Shown here one piece after another: positions 12,543 to 23,100 of a stretch of 64,000 nt of DNA (positions within the stretch are counted from its first letter, which is position 1; each line of letters begins with the position of its first letter). The position numbers and the translations under genes are program-made. Source of the stretch: Monocercomonoides exilis PA203. Its lineage: Eukaryota; Protista; Preaxostyla. The notes beneath the pieces are model-generated. The model was not told the DNA's origin and did no database searches. It worked only from the letters and a program-made list of their open reading frames with translations. Location of the stretch: assembly GCA_001643675.2 (NCBI GenBank), contig LSRY02000044.1:434001-498000 (forward strand), given 5' to 3'.

Positions 12543-13070
12543 GGAAGGCAGAAGGAGTGGCTGGCAGAGAAGGCAGATAAGACACGCGAAATGGCATCAT
12601 CCCAAGTGACTGTGAAAATGGCATTGGCTGATTGATCAGCTAAGTTGGATCTGTTTGAGAAGAAGAGATGGATGTTGATGATGATGACATTAATGAAGAA
12701 GGGGAAGAAAAGATCCATTTCAGCGAAGAAACGTGAACAACTTTTATCTCATTGTTCCGCCTATTTTTCCTCCCAATCAAAAAATTCACAACCAAATCTG
12801 CCTGTTCCTTCAGACCGATTTCTGAGCCTTCCATTCCTGTGAATGAAAAAGAAGAAGATGAAGATCCAAAAAAACAGATAAGACGTAGAAGATGATTTTT
12901 TTCCATATCTTTTCTCAGCAGCTCAATCACAAAAGGAATGGCTTGAATTCTCTATAGTTCTCAAGATTATCATTCCCTTTGCATCATTTCTGATGCTGTC
13001 TATGATGATGAAGGAGGTTGTGCAAGGAGGAAGATGACGATGTTTGAGATGTGTTTGAAGAAGAAGAAGA
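12543..13070 (-). pseudogene. Inverted, internally deleted, decayed copy of part of the HPS5/TECPR2-like gene (source ~36320-36510 and ~37920-38220)
   Basis: The reverse complement of 12550-12660 matches 38105-38215 with 9 mismatches in 111 nt by hand count. FTGMEGSEIGLKEQADL corresponds to FTGMEGAESQLEEQADL. gtgattgagctgc is shared with 36491. A CAG-to-TAG nonsense change lies at 12641-12643. Confidence 0.85.
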
Positions 13071-14159
13071 AGCAATCCTTTTCATTTCAATCATTCCTTT
13101 ATCGCTTCTGAGTAGGTGAAAATGAATGCTAATCCATTTCCTCTTCCAAAACGTTGATGATGAACGATGATCCAAAAATGTTCGAAAGAATAGTTTCAAT
13201 GGCATCTTCTTCCATTCTTTTCTTTCGTAATCATCAATGCTGCTTGTTCTTTTCCTTTTCAATCCCTTTTCAATCAAAAAACAGCCTTTAATCTGATTTT
13301 TCTTCTTCATTTTCCCTTCTTCCTTTCTCCAAAACAAATTCTCCCAGCAAATAGAAATCATCAGGTATTTCACTAATGACTTTCATATTCCAATCAAATG
13401 AGAAAAAATAAAAATAAACAAATTCATTTTTTCATGAAAAAAATCGAATAAAACAGAGTTTGCAGCACACCAATCGCAAATTCCATTAATTCCCTGCAAG
13501 CTCTTTGCATCAACAAAAAATATCCATTTTCACTCATTCATCCATTCAGTGTTTTTCTCTTGAATTGAAATTCCATCTCTATCTGTGAGAAAAACACATC
13601 AAAAACCCAATCCAAATGCTCATATAACCATGTTCCATGCATCCCATCCCTTTTGCGAAAAGTGTCCATTTCAGCCAATCGAGGCAAAAACAATCATTTC
13701 TTTCAGAATATCGAAAATCTCTTCAAATAAAAATATCACAAATAATCCACCAAAAGACATACATTAATATGTGGTGCAGGATTACAAAATGTTCATCGCT
13801 CGTTCCTCTTCTATTCATCTGTTTTCATCAATCTTCACATCATTCATTTCTTTCCCAATTGCCATTTCTCATGAATACACAGCCAACAAAATAACATGCT
13901 CTAAATCATATGTTGTTCCATCTCAGAGGCAGATATCGCTGGACGGAGAGTGACGGCTGAAATATCAGAACATCAACAAAAATGGATGATTCATTCTCTA
14001 TTATTCATCGGATCATAAATAAATATTGAAAAACAACAAAGGAAAATATTTATATTGCAAAAATATTATGATATTCAACAAAAGATGAATGTTATTTTTT
14101 TGTTGGAGTGCCCATATTAGTTTGTGATAGAAAAAAGAAAAGAAAGCAGTTGGAGAGGC

Positions 14160-17100
14160 ATGGTATTGAGGCTGTCAGGAATATTATATTGTGTGTGGAT
14201 AATTAATGTGGGGTGCATATGCAAGGGTGCCACAAGTGATGGAGCAGGATTTGTTGAGGAATCAGCGAAAGAAGGAGAATTGGATTATCCAGAAGGCACA
14301 TGGCGAGAGAAGGCTCAAAACAACAAAATTGGAGATGAGAATTTGTTTGACACATATGTTGAAGGAAAAGAAGGTAGAGCGAGAGAAACCTGGAAAGAAG
14401 AGAGAATGATGAAGAAATGCACAAAACAAAGGAATGAAGGAGGTGGAGAGATTGGGAAAGCTGAAAAATGGGGTTTTTGTGATGAGTGGAAAATGTTGGG
14501 AAAGGAGGGTGTGTGTGGTGGGAGTGGGGTTGAGGGAAGTGTTGTTACAGTCAATTCATCGATGAAACTGAATTCATTGGGATTGAGGGAAAGAGGTGGG
14601 GAGTGTGTGCTCAGGGCATCGGATGGATGTTTTGTTGAGGTGAGTGGCTGTGTGATTGGAGTTAAGAGAGAGACACCTCCCTTTGATTTGTGTGGGAGCT
14701 GTGGATTGTTCGCCAACATTTCCCTCAGATCATCTTCAACCTCAACCTCAACCTCGACTGAACAGATATTCCCTCCACTTTTCTCTTCAAAAGCAGCGGA
14801 AGGAGAGATTCCAGAAAAATGCCATGTTTCTGTTTGTTCTTCTCATTTCTCATCTTTTTGTGTGTCTTCAGCCCCATTCATCTCATCGCATTTTGTTTCT
14901 CTTTCCCAACTAGAATTCTTCAACATCTCGACAGGTCCACAGAAAACAAGGCAACTGGCTAAAGGACTGAGTCAAAGAGTGTTTCTGATGAGTGGGTGTG
15001 AGTTTGTGTCGGTGTGGGATGTGTATGATGGGGGCATTGTCCCTTCACTGAACAGCCCCTCATCTTCCCTGGATGCCTCAAACACCTCGTTTGCCAGGTG
15101 CTATCGCTCTCAGAATGTTGAAGTCAATGGGAGTGAAGGGAATCCATCGAAACCAGCGAGACAGCAAATAGCAGACAATGGGGCGAATTCGTTCACCTGG
15201 TGTGTGTGGAATGGGTCAAAAACAACGGGAACCAAGATCGATAATTATTATGGAGACTCAAATGGCGGAGCGATTTACATGTATAATCTGGGATCGGGAA
15301 CACTTTCAGTGAAATTTTGTTCGTTCAATGATTGCTATGCGAACTATGATGGTGGAGGAATTATGTGCAGTTATATCGATTCAGTTAAAATTGAGAACAA
15401 CTCATTCAATGGATGTGTTTCAGCAAAAAATAATGGAGGAGGGGTGTCTGCTTTTTCGATTTCAACATGTGTTGGGATAAGTGGATGCGAATTCAAAAAT
15501 TGCAAAGCAAATTATCAAGGAGGAGGGATTTTTCTTTATGGATTTAATGTTTCTGGATCTTCATGTTTTGAAAAGGAAAGTTGCAAAGGGGAGAGCGCTT
15601 GTGTGTTTGAGTGCTCATTCACGTCGTGTTCTCTGACAAACAAATATGGCGGAGGGATGTATTGTGCTAATGTTCCATCTGCATTCAAAATGAGAAGCCT
15701 CCAGTTTATTTCGTGCTCAGCAGTGTCATATGGCGGAGGATTGTATTTCAGGCCATATCAATCAACAGCTCCAAGCAACAACATTTATTGCTATTTCTTC
15801 TTTTTTCACGACTGCAGATGCAGTAATTCCACTCCATATGGCCACGATGTGTATTTTGAAGATTATTACAAATTTTTTTCATCAAAAAGTCCGTTCTATG
15901 AATCGTATACAACGAATAGTGATGAGAAGAGAGTGTGCAATAATTGTCATGGTTTTCAGCACACAGAAAAGAAATGGTTCCTGAATGATGGAAAATTGTT
16001 ATTTGTTGGAGAAAATGGAAATGACTCAAGTGAGATGTGTGGAATGAATGAGATGATGCCTTGTAAAACGATTGGGCATTCTGTGAATAAATGCAATGAT
16101 GTTGTTAGTTTTGGGGTTTCAGTGCTCGGTGGAAAGTGTGTGAGCGAAGGGGCGACGATCAGTGTTGGGGAAAAGAAGATAACAATAACAGGGAGAGGAA
16201 AGGAGGTGAGTGTGATTGGGACAAGTGCGCTTTCCACCTTTTCAACAACTCTGTTCAGTATATATTCTGGCCAACTGGAGGTGGGGCATGTGGGGATCGA
16301 TCACAACGCGACAAGAAGCCCATCGCCGAGTGTGTTTGTGGTGTCGCTGGGGAGCGGGACACTTTCGCTGGAGGATGTGGTGATTAATTCTTCGACATCA
16401 GGAGGGAGCGTAATATCTTCATTAGTGTTTGAAGTGGCACTGAGGCAGCTGAAGACGATTGATGTGGAGATTGAAAACATGAAAATATCACAGCCTCTTT
16501 TCGCTGAACCATCATCAGTAGGATCGTCATCAGGAGAGAGTTTGCTTGGGAATTTGACAATTCGGAATGTGAATCGTACAGGAGGAGATGGAGTGGTAAT
16601 GGCAAAAAGTGTGAAGGGAGGAGAGACATTTGTGGTGTGGAATACAACAATGGAAGGATGTGAGTGTGTGAATGGGAATGGAGGAGGGATAAAAGTTGAG
16701 TTGGCATCGTCAACAAGCAAAGCTTACATTGGGACATCAACATCGCACAGCGGAGGAGCAACAAAATTCAACAAAACAAAGTGCAGTGGATATGGAGGAG
16801 GGGTGATGCTATGGCTTGCAGATAATTCATTCGATTTTACAATAACGTCAGTGAGTTTTGTTGGTTGCAGTGCTTCATTTGGAGGGAAAGATGTGTTTGT
16901 GAATGGGAGCAGGCTGGTGAGTGGGACAATAACAAGTTCAAAGCTGAACGTTGGACACAATTCATCTGTTTATGATGAGCTGATGGGATATGACCGGAAT
17001 GAGGGAGGGATGGGAATATTCCCATTGAACGTGTTTTTGGATGCATTTTCAGGAGCAGCACATATGGGGAATAAGGTGAATGGGTATGGAGGATATGACT

Positions 17101-20100
17101 CGTGGTTTTGTGGGTTTGGGTATTTTTCATGCAAAACGATCGCGTTTGCTTCCCAGAACAGATTCAGTTCGTCAAAGAAGAATATTGTGTTGGATTCAGG
17201 GTTTGAGCTGGGAGAAGTTGTGTGGATGGCAGGGTCATATGAATGGGAGGTGTATTGTGAGATTAACAAGACGAATGTGAATGTGAAGGTACAGAGTGGA
17301 ATGACGTCTTCGTATTTGATTAATATTGAGAGTGCAAGTTCCATAAAGAACATTGCATTCCAAATTCCATTTTTGTTATCGAGTGCAACATCGCTCATTG
17401 TTTTGACCAGCTCATCACTCACACTCACAGATTGCTCAGTTGCTCATATATCAGAGAGCACATCGAGTGTGGCCTTTGGATACAGCATTGTGAATGCGCA
17501 GAGTGGGAGCCTGAAAATGGAACGATTTGTGATTGGTGGAGCACTTGTGTTTGGAGCTCATTCAGCGATTGAATTTTCTGAAGGAATGACGAGTGTGATA
17601 TGTTCAGGGTGCAATATCAGCGGAATCAAAAGGAATGAGGGAGATGGAGGATGGATGAAAGGAACAGTTGGGTCGAGTGGAATGTTGACAGTTGATGGAT
17701 GCAATGTGAATGGGTGCAGTTGTGCTGGTGGAAATGGGGGAGGAATATATGTTGGATTGAAGGGAAATGGGAAAGTGGTTGTGAGTGGAACGAGTGTGAT
17801 TGATGGGAATAAGGCAGAGAATAATGGAGGGAGAGGAGGGAGAGGAGGAGGGATGTTTGTGTTGATGGAGAGTGGGGGATGTGGATTGACAATTGGGCAG
17901 AATGTGAAGTTTTCGAAAGATCATGGGAATGTTGCAGAATATGGGAAGGATGTGTTTGTTGATTGTGGGAGTGGAGTGTTTTTGGAGTCAAAAGTGAATA
18001 CCAGCTCATTTTCATTTTTTGACACAAGCACCATTCCATCAGATGTGTTGAAACTGAGTGGGAGTGAAAATGGGGAAGAAAGTGGAGTGATTCCACTGTT
18101 TGTGTATTTATGCACAATGGGGGCAAAGGTGCTTGTTGATGGGAGTGGGGGAAATGGGATGGATCACAACCATTGTGGATTTGATGAATTCAGGTGTTTG
18201 ACAGTTGATTATTGTGCGAACTCAAGATTGAGCAGCGCTGTGAATGAAATAGAGATTGTCTCATCTTCGTCAATAACGAAGGAAATAACAGGACCGTCAT
18301 TTGGTGTGAGTATTTCAGGCAGAATAGTATCATCATCATCAGAGGAAGGAGAGAGAATGGGAGTGAATGTGAGTGATGGGGGATCAGCCACACAAGACTG
18401 GCTTGTTGGATGTTTGAGTTCACTGACAATAAGGAGACTTTCATTTGTTGTGAGAGGTCAGTTGAATTCGAGGAGAAGTGCATTCATCCATTCAACATCA
18501 ACACTCAGTGTGACGGACTGTTCAGTCTCATTTGAGAGTGGGGCATTGACTGATGGAAAGATAGGATACAGCATCATTGGCATGGCAGGAGGGAATCTGA
18601 TTGTTAATGGATTTGTGATGGAAAGTGGAGTGACACTGACAATGAATGGGAAATCTCCAATATCAATGACAAGTGGAGTGCAATTGGAGATTTTGAATAG
18701 CAGAGTGAGTGGAGTGGAGGTGGAAGTGGCAGGTGTAAGTGGAGGAGGGGGATGTTTGAATGTTGGGATGGGCGTTAATGGGAATGTGAAAATTGAAGAA
18801 AGCAATTTTTCATCAAGATGCCCAGGTGGAAGTGGAATGAAAGGAGGAGGGATGATGATATCAGTGGGAAATGGAGGAACATTGAGAGTGAAAGGAGTGA
18901 GATTATCGGGATGTGTTGTGCCATCAGAGGATATTGAGAATGGAGGGAGAGGAATTGGAGGAGGGATGTTTGCTGAACTTTCCAATCAAATGGGAACATT
19001 TTCATTGGAGAGCATGACATTTAGTGGGTGCAGCGCATGGAAAGGGAAGAATTTATTTGTGGAAGCACAGGATTTATCAGCTGTCATCAACAGCACATCA
19101 ATTTTATTCAATCCAGAAATTGGAATTAAAGTTGCAGACTTGAATGAACTTTGTGGAAGAGAAAGAGGTGAGGCAGAGCTGATTGTTCCACTTGTTGTGT
19201 TTCTTCGGACATTTTCATCACCAGGATATGTGAGTGGGAGAGAACAAGGAAGTGAATTCAGGCTGTGTGGATATGAAGATTACCCATGCAGAGGAATTGG
19301 GAATGTTGGAGAAGTTCAGTTCCCGAGTTCAAAGAGAGTGATCAGATTGACAAACACATTTTCATTTGATGAAGAAGTGAAGTTGGATGGGCAGCCATAT
19401 GAGATTGATTCGAGCAACAAAGATGTTGGATTGAAAGTTGGAGGAACAGGAACAAAAATACAAGAAGCATTGGTGATGAACAGTGTTTCATCAACATTGA
19501 CAGGGATATTGTTTGAATTGGGAGAATCGATTGGAGAGCGATCATCATTTGTTCATTCTTCAGGAGGGACATTGAGATTTGCTGATTGTGGGATAAAGAT
19601 GGGAAATGGAGTGGATTCTGCGAATTATGTGTTTGTGAGTGCAAGTGGAGGGACATTATCCATTTCGGATTTCAGCATGAGTCATGTGAAATTTGGAATA
19701 AATCCATTCATTGTTGTTGAAGGGAATGGAGAGGCTTCGATTGGGGATGCATTGCTTGAGGGAATGGAAACAAGAAATATGAAGGGATTGATTGAGTATT
19801 CATCATCATCGAGTTCATTGACGATTGGGAATGTGACAGCACAAGAATGTGTGATGGGAGGGAAAGGACTGATATGGGATGAAAATGGAAAGAAGCTGAG
19901 GATGAGGAATTGCACGATTGTGAAAATGAGCAGTTTGGAGGGAAATGGGAGTGTTGTGAGTGGAGAAGTTGGGGATGGATGTGTTGTTGAGGTGAATGAT
20001 GTTGTGATTGAAGAATGTGGAACATTGAAGGGATGTGGAGGAGGGATGAGTGTGATATTGAAGGGAACAGGAGAAATGCGTTTGGGGAAGAGTGGAGTGG

Positions 20101-23100
20101 TGACTTCGTTTGAGAAATGTTCAGCTGGTGGTGAGGGATCAGTTGGGGGATATGGGGGAGGAGTGAATTTGGATTTGAGTGACAATTGCGTGAATAACTT
20201 TGCGTTGACAACATTGACATTCAAAGAGAATGTTGCAGCTGAGGGAAGGGATTTGTTCATTTCGTGCAAGAAACTGAATGGAACAGTGAAGAAGGAGAGG
20301 TTTGGATTTGAATACAAATATGAAAATGGAGAAGGAGAATGGATGGAAGTTGATATGAAAGGGATTGACAGAGACTATTTTGCAGAGAGTGTTGATCTTG
20401 GGCTGTTTCTTGTTGAAATGAAGAGAATGGAGGTGTGTGTGTCGAGAGAAGGGCATGACACATTGGGATGTGGGAGCGATCGATATCCGTGTCAATCGAT
20501 GTGGAGTGGAATAAGCCACGTTGACAGAAGTGGGACAGAAGGAGAAAGGAAAGTGAAAGTTAGGGATGAAGGGGCAATGGAAGATATTTATTTCCTCACA
20601 GATGCACTTGTAATTGAAGGATGTGTGAATAAGGGAGATGAAGAACAATATAAGACTGTTCAATTTTATGAAAAAATCAATACGGATTCTGAATCATCAT
20701 CTTCATCTGTTATTTCATCAACTGCCTCACTCAGCTTGTTATCATTGAAATTGCAGTTTCCAAGTCAATTTGAGTCAAATATGAATTCACTGATCTCATC
20801 GAGCGGGATTCTTCAACTTGGAAGCTGTTTATTTGACATTCAATCAGCAACATATATTGTTCAATACTCATTGATAACCACAACCAGTGGAAGTTGCACA
20901 TTGAAAGGATGCAGTTTAACAGGGCCATCATTTGTCAAATCACCATTGGAAATATTTTCTTCTGTTTTATTTGAAAACAGCAGTTTTTCAAACATTATGA
21001 ACACTGGAAGCGGTGAAGGAGGCATTGCAAAAGTGACATTGAAAGGGAATGAAGAATTGATCATTAAATCAACAAATGCATCATCTTGCTCACTTTTAAA
21101 GAACGGTGGAAAGGGAGGATTTTTGTATTTGGATTGTGAAAATTGTTTGAATGAGAAGCCATTTGTTTTTGATGCTGACGTAACTTTTGAGAACAACAAT
21201 GCGGCCATTGGAAAGAATGTGTTCATTTTGGGAAAGGATTTTAATTCTTCTGTAACAAATGATTCATTCAACTTCAATTATTCTTCAATGAAAGATGATA
21301 AGACTCTGTTTGCTGGAAGTGATGATTTTCATTCAAACAAAGATTTATTCATGTTTCTGATTCCATACAGCTCATTTGAAATATTTATCTCATCAGAAGG
21401 ATTTGATGTTGCAAGATGTGGAAGTGAAGAAGAACCGTGCAAAACAATGTGGAAAGGGATGGAAAACATGGAAAAGGAGACTGGAAATAAAACAATTCAG
21501 ATTGAAGGATCAACAATTATTCAAGATTCATTCAATATTTCCAATTATCAGATCAAAAAGGATGTGAAGATGGGAGAAGAGAATGTTAAAGCCAAATTGA
21601 ATTTTGAAAAAGCAATTGGAAGTCAATTGGAATATTTCATGGTGAATGATATTCATCTTGAATTGTTTAACATCCAGCTCCATCTGACATCGGGATTTGA
21701 CAATTCAGCCAAAACGATTATTTCAAACAAAGGAGGAGATTTGGTGATTACTGGATGTTCATTCCATTCAGAAGCTGGAGTGAACAATGGATTTAATTGT
21801 GTATTTGTGGATGCGATTGGAGGCAGCGTGGAAGTGAATGATTTGTCAATGGAATCGTGCAATGTTGGAAACAGTGTATTTACCATTCATGATGTTGGTG
21901 TTGATTGTCATTTTATGAATGTTCGAGTGGAATCGTTAAATGAAAGCAGAGGATTTCTTCTTCTGATCAAAGGATCTGAATCAACAACAAAGATAAATGA
22001 AGCGGGTGAAGAAATGAGTCTTAACATTGATAATTCGTCATTTTCAGGAGTGAAGAGAAGTAGCAATGGAGCGAGCATTTTGGAGTCGAAGAGTGAGAAC
22101 AAGATTTGTTTTGTTGTGAATGAGAGCAACATCACAGAAGACAAAGCAGAATCAAGTAAAAAAGGAGGGGCAATATTCTTCACATTGGGTGCATCAGGAT
22201 CAATGAAGATGATTGACTCAACAATCAGTCAATGCAGATGCACCAATGGGAAAGGAGGAGGGGTGTATTTGGCAACAAAAGAAAGAGGAGAATTGAATTT
22301 CACATTTGTGGGAATGAAATTCAGTGCAAACACAGCAAGAGTGGGGAATGACATTTTCATTGAATACTTCAACATCTCTTCTCAGATTAATGAAAGCCAG
22401 TTTCAGTTTGATCTTCGAGAAGGTCATTATACGCGTTACAATGCAATTTATGGAATTGATAGTTGTGATCATCCGGGTGACACAGATCTTATTGGATTTA
22501 TTACGATCCATCAGAGTGACACAATCATTGTGAGCAGTGTGGATGGATCGAATGGCAAGCAATGTGGAACAAACACACTTCCATGTGATTCAATTGAGCA
22601 TGGGCTGGTGCATTTGACATCTGAATATGTGAGTCTATTGTATATTGACGCTGAGAGTGTGATTGGAGGAGAAATAGAACTGAAAGAGATGAGTCTGAGT
22701 TCGAAGAGCAGAGAAATGTGTGAAGTTGAAGTGAAATCAAACATTGGAAAAACAAGAGAGGCATTTATTTCAACAACCGGAACAGTCTCATTGGTGAGAG
22801 TGAATTTTGTGTTTGATTCGAACTTCATCTCTTCACATGAATCACTAATATCACCTGAAGGAGGAATTCTTGAAATTGTGAATTGTTCATTCACCTCAAA
22901 ACAATCTAATGAAGAAGGAAATATAGAATTAGCAAACATTCCATTTCACATCATTAATACGGCAGAAGGAGAATTACAAGTTGATGGATGCACAATATCA
23001 AATCTCATTCTTCATAAATCTGCATTATATCTTTCATCACAACTTCCGTCAGTCATTGATTCATTAACGATTTGCAATTCAACAATGAAAACTTTTCTGA

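Noticed and set aside
14124-14159. GTG start given by the ORF track (also TTG starts at 54, 35771 and 63932)
   Set aside because: The DNA is eukaryotic. ATG 14160 gives a signal peptide, and the other starts are explained by introns or window truncation.
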